Positions 8,253 to 18,078 are shown, numbered from the stretch's first letter. The stretch: DNA of 39,737 nt from Pseudomonadota bacterium (GCA_031371465.1 JANMJR010000142.1:1-39737); one strand, 5' to 3'. Numbers and translations are program-made. Notes: generated by a model not told the origin, from the letters alone.

Positions 8253-9799
8253 CGCAAGCGGCGCCACTGCCGCGCCATCCCGCCCTCATCAGCGGTTCGG
8301 TCATGCTCGCCGCGTTTCTTTATTCCATCGACTGGACCATCGCCGCCGTCGCATTGCCGCACATGCAAGGCGCGTTCTCCGCCACGCCCGATCAAATCTC
8401 CTGGGTAATTACGTCTTACATCGTGGCCTCGGCGGTGATGATTCCGACGGCAGGCTGGCTCAGTTCACGCTTCGGTCGTAAACGAGTGTTCCTTTGGGCA
8501 ATGGCGGGATTTACCGTGGCGTCGCTTTTTTGCGGCCTCGCCGATTCGCTCGCGGCCGAAGTGATCGCGCGCCTCTTTCAAGGCCTCTGCGGCGCGTTCA
8601 TCATTCCGTTATCCCAAGCCATCACCCTCGACACCTACCCGACCGAACAACACGGCCGGGCGATGGCGTTGTGGGGCACCGGCGCCGTATTCGGCTCGGT
8701 GATCGGCCCGACCATCGGCGGTTATGTCACTGAATACATGAGTTGGCGCTATATTTTCTATTTGAATATTCCGTTCGGCATTCTCGCTTGGCTCGGTATT
8801 CTCACTTTCGTCCCAGAAACAAAAAAAAATCTGCAGCATCGCCTCGATTGGTTTGGCTTTTTAGCCTTGGCCCTCGGCCTCGGGGCGTTACAAATGATGC
8901 TCGATCGCGGTGGGCGGCTCGATTGGTTTGAGTCGGGTGAGATTGTGCTGGAGGCCTGTTTGAGCGTGTTGGGTTTTTATCTTTTTCTGGCCCATAGTTT
9001 GACCACACGCAATCCCTTTCTCGACTTGCGCATGCTTACCCAACGCAGTTTCTTTTTTGCTCTCGCCTTCGTGTTCGGCTATGGCTTATTGACACTGCCG
9101 ACCATGGTCATGATGCCGACATTCTTGGCGGAAATTCGCGGTTACAACATCGACACCATCGGCCTGCTGCAATCGCCGCGCGGTGTCGGTCTACTCAGCG
9201 CCATGCTCATCAGCGGACGCGTCGTGCATCGCGTCTCGCCGCGCATACTGATGGCTTTGGGCCTACTCAGCCTCGCCGTTTCGAGCGCGGAGATGGCGAA
9301 ATGGAATATCAATGTCGGCGAGTGGCCGATTATCTGGACCGGATTTTTGCAAGGGCTCGGCGCCGGCATCATGCTCGTGCCCACGCAAGTGCTCGCGTTC
9401 TCGACGCTTCCTGTCCATCAACGTACCGAAGCCACCGGCGTATTCAATCTGGTGCGCAGCGTCGGCGCCAGCGTCGGCGTATCGCTTGCATTCGCTTACT
9501 TCGTGCATGTCAGCGCTGTGCATCATGTGCAAATGGTCGAGCAAGCCACACCGTTTCGCGACGCAATGCAAAGCGAAGCCGTCGCGAAACATTGGAACCT
9601 CGCCACGCCGCTAGGCCAAGCAAAACTCGAGAAAGAAATCAATCGGCAAGCGGCGATGTTCGGTTATACCGCCGATTTCGCGTTGCTCGCAATCGGCGCC
9701 GTCCTGGGCTTGCCGCTGTTGCTGGCGATGGGCGACGGACGACGCGGCGCGCGCGATCCGAATGACCCAACCAGGCCGACACTGGTGGTGGCTGAGTAG
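8249..9799 (+). CDS. emrB: DHA2 (EmrB/QacA) family 14-TMS MFS drug efflux transporter
   Basis: The product is 516 aa and hydrophobic. MFS motif A-like sequence (GWLSSRFGRKRVFLWAM) and motif C-like sequence (GPTIGGYVTEY) are present. It is coupled to the adaptor gene. Confidence 0.86.
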   Translation: MTQAAPLPRHPALISGSVMLAAFLYSIDWTIAAVALPHMQGAFSATPDQISWVITSYIVASAVMIPTAGWLSSRFGRKRVFLWAMAGFTVASLFCGLADSLAAEVIARLFQGLCGAFIIPLSQAITLDTYPTEQHGRAMALWGTGAVFGSVIGPTIGGYVTEYMSWRYIFYLNIPFGILAWLGILTFVPETKKNLQHRLDWFGFLALALGLGALQMMLDRGGRLDWFESGEIVLEACLSVLGFYLFLAHSLTTRNPFLDLRMLTQRSFFFALAFVFGYGLLTLPTMVMMPTFLAEIRGYNIDTIGLLQSPRGVGLLSAMLISGRVVHRVSPRILMALGLLSLAVSSAEMAKWNINVGEWPIIWTGFLQGLGAGIMLVPTQVLAFSTLPVHQRTEATGVFNLVRSVGASVGVSLAFAYFVHVSAVHHVQMVEQATPFRDAMQSEAVAKHWNLATPLGQAKLEKEINRQAAMFGYTADFALLAIGAVLGLPLLLAMGDGRRGARDPNDPTRPTLVVAE

Positions 9800-9844
9800 G
9801 ATCAATCTTCGCTCTTACCAATGCTGCGCCCGCCCTCACCCTAA

Positions 9845-9988
9845 GGAAGCTCTGAATAAGTCCGATTTCGTCGTGATGCCGCGTTGCTCACAAAAAATAT
9901 CTCCTTACATATCATTTATATGCGGCGTCGATATTTTTTGTTCGCGCCTTGCCTCACTTAGCACTCGAACTTATTCAGAGCTTCCCTA
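9845..9988. mobile_element. MITE-like element, copy B (inverted relative to copy A)
   Basis: GGAAGCTCTGAATAAGT lies at 9845-9861 and ACTTATTCAGAGCTTCCC at 9969-9986. The reverse complement aligns end to end with 1244-1390. Track ORF 9762..9989 runs through it and is not credible. Confidence 0.75.
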
Positions 9989-9990
9989 GC

Positions 9991-10045
9991 CCTGTCCCAG
10001 AGCGACAGGGGATTCAATCCCTTCTCCCTCGGGGAGAAGGGTGGG
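9991..10045. repeat. REP-like GC-rich hairpin cluster
   Basis: One hairpin is CCTGTC-ccagagc-GACAGG (9991-10009) and another is CCTTCTCC-ctcgg-GGAGAAGG (10020-10040). They are followed by GGTGGGGACGGGG. A matching CCCTCACCCTAAGG motif lies on the other side of the MITE (9829-9846). Confidence 0.45.
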
Positions 10046-10292
10046 GACGGGGTGGCCTAAGGCCATGAGGGACAACGTTTATTAAAGACATTCATCCAAT
10101 ATATTCCATGAAGATGCCCATGGATGCTGCCTTCCCAGGCATGCCATGCCAGGAGGCAATGGCCCAAAGCCACGCCGGCAGGGCGCGTCCCCTGGCCAAG
10201 CCATACCTCAATACAACTTGTTACAAATGCATGTGCGCCATTCCGTGCCCTCCGGTCGTTAATGCATGACCGACTAACCAAAGGAGACAATC

Positions 10293-11111
10293 ATGAGCCG
10301 GTTCGGAATTTTAAGTGCAGTTGTCATCGCAACATTATCAACGCAAGCCCACGCCGTGGGATCGCTCGCCGATGTCTCGATCTATGATCGCAACGAACAG
10401 CGGGAATTGCCGATCTATTTTCACCAGGGCAAATATTACGTCGCCGGCAAACCCGGCAACGAATATCAAATCGCCTTGCGCAGCCAAAGCGCGCGCGATG
10501 TGCTCGGCGTGGTATCAGTCGATGGCGTCAACGTCGTCAGCGGCGAAACCGCTACGCCGAAGCAATCGGGCTATATGCTCACGCCGTGGCAACAAACCGA
10601 CATTAAAGGTTGGCGCAAAAGCACGGACCGGGTCGCGCGATTTTATTTCACCGAGCTGCCGGATTCCTACGCCGCGCGCACCGACCGTCCCGACGATGTC
10701 GGCGTGATCGGCGTTGCCGTATTCCGCAGCAAGCAATACGATCCGCCCTCGCGCGATTATGACTATCGTCCGTATGACAACGATGGCGCACGCGAAGATG
10801 GGCGCCGCTACAGCGCACCAGATTCGAAAGCACAGTCGCAAAGTGCGCCCGGCAATGAAAGCTATCGTGGCCGCATCCCGCAACCGGACGACAAACTCGG
10901 CACCGGCCACGGCCGCGGCGAGCGCTCCGAAGTTCGTCAAGTCGAGTTCGAACGTGAATCGAGCCGGCCGAACGAAGTGATTACGATTTACTACGATAGT
11001 TATCGTAATCTCGCCGCAGCGGGGATCATCCCAAGCGAGCGCCACGCGCGCCGTCATGTGCCACGGGCATTCCCAGGGCAATTTGTAGCGGATCCGTGGC
11101 GTAGGTGGTAA
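10293..11111 (+). CDS. Secreted conserved hypothetical protein (N-terminal beta-rich domain, acidic/basic low-complexity linker, small C-terminal domain)
   Basis: A strong Shine-Dalgarno sequence (AAAGGAGA) precedes the start. The signal peptide is MSRFGILSAVVIATLSTQAHA. I recall the block SVDGVNVVSGETA...GYMLTPWQQTDIKGWRKS...VGVIGVAVF as conserved in uncharacterised proteobacterial proteins. I can assign no function. Confidence 0.7.
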   Translation: MSRFGILSAVVIATLSTQAHAVGSLADVSIYDRNEQRELPIYFHQGKYYVAGKPGNEYQIALRSQSARDVLGVVSVDGVNVVSGETATPKQSGYMLTPWQQTDIKGWRKSTDRVARFYFTELPDSYAARTDRPDDVGVIGVAVFRSKQYDPPSRDYDYRPYDNDGAREDGRRYSAPDSKAQSQSAPGNESYRGRIPQPDDKLGTGHGRGERSEVRQVEFERESSRPNEVITIYYDSYRNLAAAGIIPSERHARRHVPRAFPGQFVADPWRRW

Positions 11112-11461
11112 TGCTATTCAGTAATCAACCGTTGATTAATGGAAAACTGGCGCAGTGGGAACTGCGGCAGTTGTTTTTCATATTGCAGAATAACCCGCTC
11201 TTCAATCTTAGAAAGTTACTCTTTGGCGCCTTGTGCCGTGTACTGCACGCCAACGAGCGCGCAACTTTCCGCCGTGGATTTATTTTTTAGACCGATTGCC
11301 TAAACATCAATGAGTTTTCTCAAAACCAACGTCATAGTATTGCTCCTTGGTGATTCTGCCCCTGCCCCCGACGAACTCCGAAAGTCAGTTGGTACTTATC
11401 TGTCACGCGCTTATACTTACACGTCAACGTCGTTAACGCTTGTGCCTGCAGGATTTCATCT

Positions 11462-13231
11462 ATGAAACGAGTAGCGCATTTTATCATCTCCATAGTCTGT
11501 ACTCTCGTATTGCTAAGTGCTTCATATGCATTTTCTGCGGGCGACCGAGTCGACAATTTCCGCCTCCTAGACCAAACCGGCGCCTCCCACGAACTCCACT
11601 ATCTGTCCGATGCGAAAGCAATTGTACTGATGGTGCATGGTGTCGGTTGTCCGATTGTTCGCCAAACCCTGCCCGAACTCTCCGCGGTGCGTAAACAGTT
11701 CGCCGTGCAAGGTGTCGAATTTTTGTTAATCAATTCAAATCCACAAGACGACCACGCCGCACTTTTGCGCGAGACTACTGAGTTCGCCATTGACCTTCCG
11801 ATCTTGATCGACGACACGCAATTGGTTGGCGAATCGTTAGGTGTCACGCGGACAGCGGAGGTATTTGTGATTGATCCGCGCACGTGGAAGTTGGCCTATC
11901 GCGGGCCGGTGGATGATCGCCTCTCAATAGGTGCGCAAAAACCTGTCGCGCAACATCACTATTTGACGGAAGCACTTACCGCCGTTGTTTCCGGTATGCC
12001 CGTTGCTATCAACGCAGCGGAAGCGCTGGGTTGCCTCGTTAACTTCCCCGAACGCGAGCGCAAAGCCGAGCATGCGAAAATTTCCTACGTAGAACAGATC
12101 GCGCCATTGCTGCAAGAAAAATGTGTCGCCTGTCATCGGCCCGGCGGCATTGGCCCGTGGGCGATGACCCGTTACGAGAACGTGCGCGGCTTTGCGCCAA
12201 TGATCCGCGAGGTGATTCGCACTAAGCGCATGCCGCCTTGGTATGCCGATCCGCATTTCGGAAACTTCGTTGGCGATCGTTCGATCAACGCCGAGCAAGC
12301 GCAAATGCTCGTGCACTGGATCGAAGCGGGCGCGCCGCGGGGTACGGGTGACGATCCGCTGACGAAAGTTGAACCGGTCAACACGCAGTGGGCGCTGGGC
12401 GAGCCGGACATGGTCGTCGAGATTCCCGCTTTTGAAGTGCCCGCGACTGGCGTGGTGGATTATAAGTATCCACGGGTGCCGAATCCCGTCGGCCGTGACG
12501 TGTGGGTGCGTGCGATTCAAATTCTTCCCGGCAATCCGGCAGTGGTGCATCACGTGCTTACCGGTATCGATGATTCAAATAGCAATGGCCGTGCCGCGAT
12601 CGAACAGCTTGCGGCATTCGGTGGCTATTCGCCGGGACGGAATTTTTTGCCTTTCCCCGATGGCGCGGGTGTGTTGCTGCGCGCTAACGCGAAGTTGCAA
12701 TTTCAAACTCACTACACGCCGAATGGCAAAGCCGTTCGCGATGTAACCCGCGTTGGCTACTACTTGCACAAAGAACCGCCGAAATACGAGATGCGTTTAC
12801 AGTTTTTAAATTCGCGTTCGCTGCGCATTCCCGCCGGCGCTCAATCTCACACCGAGTCCGTCGCGCACACGTTTCGCGATAACGTATTGCTTTACAGTTT
12901 GATGCCGCACGCGCATTTGCGCGGCCGCGCGGCGAAATTCACCGCGCACTATCCCGATGGCCGCGAGGAAATTTTACTGTCTGTGCCGAAATATGATTTC
13001 AGTTGGCAGACGGTTTATCAATTCCAAGAACCGAAAATAATTCCAAGCGGAACCCGTATCGTGTTCGATATGACGTGGGACAACTCGGCGCGTAACCGCG
13101 CCAACCCCGATCCGGCACGAGACGTGCCGTGGGGTGATCAAACGTGGGACGAAATGAACGCGGGCTGGCTGCGCTATCGCGCATTGGCGCCGGACGAAAA
13201 CGCGGCGGCGATGATGGAAACTACTGACTAG
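11462..13231 (+). CDS. Secreted multidomain redox protein: redoxin (AhpC/TSA-TlpA-like) fold, CxxCH PSCyt-like module, and PHM/DBH-like two-copper monooxygenase domain
   Basis: A signal peptide is present. The redoxin fold has a single Cys (HGVGCPIVRQ). CVACH lies at aa 221-225 (nt 12122-12136), followed by ...KRMPPW. A complete PHM-type ligand set is present: HH at aa 363-364 (nt 12548-12553), QTHYTP (H417), MPHAHLRG (H483/H485, from nt 12908), YDFSWQ, and WDEM (M565, nt 13154). Confidence 0.8.
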   Translation: MKRVAHFIISIVCTLVLLSASYAFSAGDRVDNFRLLDQTGASHELHYLSDAKAIVLMVHGVGCPIVRQTLPELSAVRKQFAVQGVEFLLINSNPQDDHAALLRETTEFAIDLPILIDDTQLVGESLGVTRTAEVFVIDPRTWKLAYRGPVDDRLSIGAQKPVAQHHYLTEALTAVVSGMPVAINAAEALGCLVNFPERERKAEHAKISYVEQIAPLLQEKCVACHRPGGIGPWAMTRYENVRGFAPMIREVIRTKRMPPWYADPHFGNFVGDRSINAEQAQMLVHWIEAGAPRGTGDDPLTKVEPVNTQWALGEPDMVVEIPAFEVPATGVVDYKYPRVPNPVGRDVWVRAIQILPGNPAVVHHVLTGIDDSNSNGRAAIEQLAAFGGYSPGRNFLPFPDGAGVLLRANAKLQFQTHYTPNGKAVRDVTRVGYYLHKEPPKYEMRLQFLNSRSLRIPAGAQSHTESVAHTFRDNVLLYSLMPHAHLRGRAAKFTAHYPDGREEILLSVPKYDFSWQTVYQFQEPKIIPSGTRIVFDMTWDNSARNRANPDPARDVPWGDQTWDEMNAGWLRYRALAPDENAAAMMETTD

Positions 13232-13293
13232 GTATCGCCAGAGGTCAGTGACCAGCCCGGATCCTCCAGCATAGATCGCCACGAGGCAAGTAG

Positions 13294-14274
<981 letters not shown>

Positions 14275-14537
14275 GAAAAGGGGGTTTTCGGGATACGGCG
14301 CAATTCTTAATGGTATTCCACCCATTCAGAGCGTCATGAGACTGATCATTGAGACACGTTTGGAACGTGTCGGCGCCGATGTCCCGATTTGTTTCACTTT
14401 AGTCGACCAAAGCGGCGGGCATCTGGAGCGAACGCGGCTCCGTCTAGCAAATTCTATTTACACAAAATTCAGGACAGGCCCTATAATCCGCACACGTTCT
14501 GATAGGTTGTTTTGTTCAAACGGTTGTTGTTTTTTCA

Positions 14538-14642
14538 ATGGCGGGCCTCCCCGCATTGCAGCGTAGTGAAACGGGTCAGGTGCGGAAGCAAGCAGCCACA
14601 GCTATTTACTGCAAGTGCCGGGGGTTAGGCTCGCCACCCCCC
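14538..14642 (+). ncRNA. ffs: Signal recognition particle RNA (4.5S RNA, small bacterial type)
   Basis: GGTCAGGTGCGGAAGCAAGCAGCC (14574-14597) matches the E. coli domain IV core GGUCAGGUCCGGAAGGAAGCAGCC. It includes the GGAA tetraloop (14584-14587) and a compensatory CC/GG to GC/GC change at the loop-closing pairs. The 5' GGCGGGCC (14540-14547) pairs with the 3' GGCTCGCC (14628-14635), and CCCCGCATTGCAG pairs with CTGCAAGTGCCGGGGG. The ends are approximate. Confidence 0.88.
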
Positions 14643-14682
14643 CTTTCTATTTCCTATCGATAAAAACCGAATCAGCGCGCCA

Positions 14683-15645
14683 CTATTTCGCCGACGCGGT
14701 GAGGGCAGTCGGCGCGGCGATACGCTCCGCGGCAGTCTGATCCAAAATCGCGTAAATCGTCGACGCCTGGTCATGCGCGTGGCTTGCGCCATTGTTATCG
14801 CCCATTTGCTTCAAGGCGTTGCCACGGGCGATCCAGGCTTCCGGATGATTCGGTTCGTTGCGCAGCCAGTTTTCCGACAGTGTCAGCAAATTGTTCCACT
14901 GGCCTTGGGTTTCGAAGTTCGCTGCCTGTAGAAACATCGGCAATTCGGCCAAGGTCGGGCGATACCAGAACGGCATATCGGCGATCGGCGCGATGGGCTT
15001 ATAGGCTTGTCTGTTGGCCATTCGATCGACAAACCAATCCACCGGCACGGCGAAAAAACTACTCGCGCCGCCGGCAAAGAAACTATTGATGCCGACCAGA
15101 TTGCCATCGCGATCGATCAATGCGCCACCGCTGTCACCCGGAGCGAATTGTGCGCTCGTACGGATCACGCGGCTGTTATCGAAGGCGTAGAGGCCATGAA
15201 CTTTGCCTTGGCTGAAATGCGCTTTGCCGCCAAAGGCGAAACCCGCTGCGAGGACTTCATCGCCAACGGTCAGTTTACGGGCGGAGCCAAGTTTGATCGA
15301 TGGCAAGTTAAGACCAGAAACCGTCAGCAAACAAAGATCGTGGTACATATCGGGTGCGCTGGCCGTGACATCCCATTGAATGCCTTCCTGCACCAATTGG
15401 ATGCGCTCTGCCTCTTTTGTGACATGGCAATTGGTGATTACTTTGCCGCGACCGACCACCACGCCGGTACCGACGCCCACGCCGCCTTGACTGGTGGAGA
15501 TTTGCACCTTGACCAAGCTCGCGCTCAATTGGGCCATGACCGCGCGGTCGATTTCGGCAAAACTATTCAGTGAGATCACCAGGCCCAGGACGGAACCCGA
15601 GAGAAGATGAATCAGGCAATTCGTGAATCCAGGTGCGTTACGCAT
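14683..15645 (-). CDS. Secreted trypsin-like (S1/DegP-type, no PDZ) serine protease with a C-terminal TPR-like tail
   Basis: The preferred start at 15645 (MRNAPGFTNCLIHLLSG..) follows AAGGAG. The catalytic triad context is VITNCHV (His), HDLCLL (Asp) and APGDSGGALID (Ser). The C-terminus PEAWIARGNALKQMGDNNGA looks TPR-like. Confidence 0.8.
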   Translation of the reverse strand: MRNAPGFTNCLIHLLSGSVLGLVISLNSFAEIDRAVMAQLSASLVKVQISTSQGGVGVGTGVVVGRGKVITNCHVTKEAERIQLVQEGIQWDVTASAPDMYHDLCLLTVSGLNLPSIKLGSARKLTVGDEVLAAGFAFGGKAHFSQGKVHGLYAFDNSRVIRTSAQFAPGDSGGALIDRDGNLVGINSFFAGGASSFFAVPVDWFVDRMANRQAYKPIAPIADMPFWYRPTLAELPMFLQAANFETQGQWNNLLTLSENWLRNEPNHPEAWIARGNALKQMGDNNGASHAHDQASTIYAILDQTAAERIAAPTALTASAK

Positions 15646-15887
15646 ATCAGCTCCTTGGTTGGCGGTCTGCTCGGCCGCACTGTTACTCAAGCAATCCTTG
15701 TGCCGCAATCTCCGTTGGAAATTTACATGCCGTTCATGTAACAGTTGTTAACAAGTACGATAGCAATTCGCTGTCACGGGTTGGTCACGATTACTTCACA
15801 ACTTAAGTTCAAGATAGGCTTTCCTAAGCCGTTGGTAAATTAGGCAAACGGCTTAGATCGAAAGGTGTATCTGTTAGAATTCTCCCT

Positions 15888-17513
15888 ATGAGTTATCAAG
15901 TTCTCGCACGCAAATGGCGGCCTAAGACTTTTGGCCAATTGGTCGGTCAAGACCATGTGGTGAAGGCGTTGAGCAACGCGCTGACGCAGCAAAGGCTGCA
16001 CCATGCTTATCTGTTCACCGGCACCCGCGGAGTCGGAAAAACGACTATCGCGCGGATTTTGGCGAAAGCGCTGAACTGTGAAACGGGCATCACAGCGACG
16101 CCCTGCGGCACATGTGGCGCCTGTACGGAAATCGACCAGGGCCGTTTCGTCGATATGTTGGAAGTGGACGCGGCGACCAACACCAAAGTCGAAGAAATGC
16201 GCGAACTGCTCGATCAAGCGCAATATATGCCTGTCTCTGGACGCTTTAAGGTTTACATCATCGACGAGGTGCACATGCTGTCGCGCTCGGCGTTCAATTC
16301 AATGTTGAAGACCTTGGAGGAACCGCCGGAGCATGTGAAGTTTATTTTGGCGACGACGGATCCGCAAAAAGTGCCCGTGACCGTGCTGTCGCGCTGCTTG
16401 CAATTCAACCTCAAGCAAATGGCGACGGACGCAATCGCGGGACACCTGGCACATGTGCTGCAGCAGGAAAATATCGAATTTGATACCAGCGCGCTGGATG
16501 TGTTAGCCCGCGCCGCCCGCGGCAGCATGCGCGATAGCTTGAGTCTGCTCGATCAGGCGATCGCCTACAGCGGCGGCAAAGTCGAACGCGCGCAAGTGTC
16601 TGCCATGCTCGGCGCGGTCGATCACGATTACCTCCTTAACATCCTCGATGCGTTGGCAAAAAATGACGGCCCGGCGATGATCGCCGAAGCCGATCGCATG
16701 CAAGAGCGCGCGCTGTCGTTCGAAGAAGGTTTGCAAGAACTTGGCGTGATTTTGCATCAAATCGCGCTGCGGCAAACGGTGCCCGACGCGTTGCCGGAAT
16801 CGACGCCGGGGTTTGCGCGTATCGATGCGCTGGCGAAAGTATTCACGCCCGATCAAGTGCAACTCAACTACCAGATCAGCGTCAACGGCCGCCGCGATTT
16901 CGGTTTGGCGCCCGACGAGTATGCGGGTTTCACGATGACATTGATGCGAATGTTGGCGTTCGCGACTGAGGATGTTGGCGCCGCACCTCGCGCTCAGTCC
17001 GCGAAACCTTTCTCGGCAAAGCCTGCCGAAAAGTCGCAGGTCAATGCTCCAAGAGCCGCTCCCAGTGAGGCGCCTAGCGCTATGCCTGCCGGCGACCGCG
17101 CTGCGATTGCCACCCCGAGCAATGCCCCTGGGACATTCGATGGCAATTGGCTCGCGCTGGTAGCCAAATTGCAATCCAACCGCATGGCGCACATGCTCGC
17201 GAGCCACTCGGAATTGAAGCGCTACACGGACAATCACTTCGAACTCGCTGTCGCCGAGGAGCACAAAAATCTACTCGACAAGGCGTTTCAAGACAAACTG
17301 AAAATTGCCCTCGAACAACAGCTCAGCGCGGGGATTCGCATTACCATCAGCGTAGGCGAGGTCAGCAGCTCACTCGCGGCCATCACCAATCGCAGTGAGC
17401 GCGAACAGCAGGCGAAAGCCATCGCTTCCATTGAGCAAGATCCTTTCGTGCGCGATTTAATGGCGAACATGGACGCGAAGCTCATCGAATCATCAATCAA
17501 ACCCATCACCTAA
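15888..17513 (+). CDS. dnaX: DNA polymerase III subunit tau (gamma/tau)
   Basis: [47 protein letters not shown] contains the Walker A motif. Also present are the Zn module [16 protein letters not shown], the DEVH box IIDEVHMLS, and sensor motifs. An A/P-rich linker follows, then a C-terminal domain. Confidence 0.96.
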   Translation: MSYQVLARKWRPKTFGQLVGQDHVVKALSNALTQQRLHHAYLFTGTRGVGKTTIARILAKALNCETGITATPCGTCGACTEIDQGRFVDMLEVDAATNTKVEEMRELLDQAQYMPVSGRFKVYIIDEVHMLSRSAFNSMLKTLEEPPEHVKFILATTDPQKVPVTVLSRCLQFNLKQMATDAIAGHLAHVLQQENIEFDTSALDVLARAARGSMRDSLSLLDQAIAYSGGKVERAQVSAMLGAVDHDYLLNILDALAKNDGPAMIAEADRMQERALSFEEGLQELGVILHQIALRQTVPDALPESTPGFARIDALAKVFTPDQVQLNYQISVNGRRDFGLAPDEYAGFTMTLMRMLAFATEDVGAAPRAQSAKPFSAKPAEKSQVNAPRAAPSEAPSAMPAGDRAAIATPSNAPGTFDGNWLALVAKLQSNRMAHMLASHSELKRYTDNHFELAVAEEHKNLLDKAFQDKLKIALEQQLSAGIRITISVGEVSSSLAAITNRSEREQQAKAIASIEQDPFVRDLMANMDAKLIESSIKPIT

Positions 17514-17526
17514 AGGAACCCAAGCC

Positions 17527-17853
17527 ATGATGAAAGGCGGACTCGGCAATCTGATGAAACAAGCGCAGCAGATGCAAGAGAATATGAAAAAAATGCAGGA
17601 GCAGCTGGCGTCCGTGGAGGTTGAAGGCCAATCCGGCGCAGGCATGGTGAAGGTCATCATGACTTGCCGCTATGATTGCAAGCGCGTCACGATCGACCCG
17701 AGCTTGCTCGCCGACGACAAAGATATGCTGGAAGATCTCATTGCCGCCGCGATCAACGACGCCGCGCGTAAAGTCGACGCGACGGCACAGGAACGGATGG
17801 GTGGATTTACCTCCGGGATGGGTTTGCCGGCGGGATTTAAGTTGCCATTTTAG
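17527..17853 (+). CDS. ybaB: Nucleoid-associated protein YbaB/EbfC
   Basis: [28 protein letters not shown]...GAGMVKV...[24 protein letters not shown] is near-collinear with E. coli YbaB. It occupies the canonical position after dnaX. Confidence 0.92.
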   Translation: MMKGGLGNLMKQAQQMQENMKKMQEQLASVEVEGQSGAGMVKVIMTCRYDCKRVTIDPSLLADDKDMLEDLIAAAINDAARKVDATAQERMGGFTSGMGLPAGFKLPF

Positions 17854-17902
17854 GTGGCTGTGAAGGGTGAACCATGAAGCGTTGGTGAATCGTTTCACGG
17901 CG

Positions 17903-17931
17903 GCGGCCGACAACTCGGGCCGCAATTTTTG
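17903..17931 (+). terminator. Candidate rho-independent terminator after ybaB
   Basis: GCGGCC (17903-17908) and GGCCGC (17918-17923) form a stem. AATTTTT follows at 17924-17930. Confidence 0.5.
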
Positions 17932-18078
17932 CCTCAATCGGCCTTCACGAATGGGCTATTAATTCCTAATTTACGGCGATACAATAGTGGTCGGTAGGAG
18001 GGGTTCTTGATCAAGTTGGGTACGTCGGTCTGGGCTGGCCTTGCCGTCATTTCAACAGTTTCTATAGGGGGATTTTCA

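Noticed and set aside
14336-14566. A 76-aa ORF that overlaps the 5' part of the SRP RNA.
   Set aside because: It runs into a well-supported structural RNA, has no ribosome-binding site and shows odd composition. It is most likely non-coding leader or spacer.
15888-17513. A programmed -1 frameshift site (A AAA AAG type) for a gamma subunit within dnaX.
   Set aside because: No A-AAA-AAG heptamer is present. The only A-runs (about 16663 GCAAAAAAT and about 17265 CACAAAAAT) are in the wrong context or position and lack a downstream hairpin. Tau is probably the only product, or gamma is made by another route.
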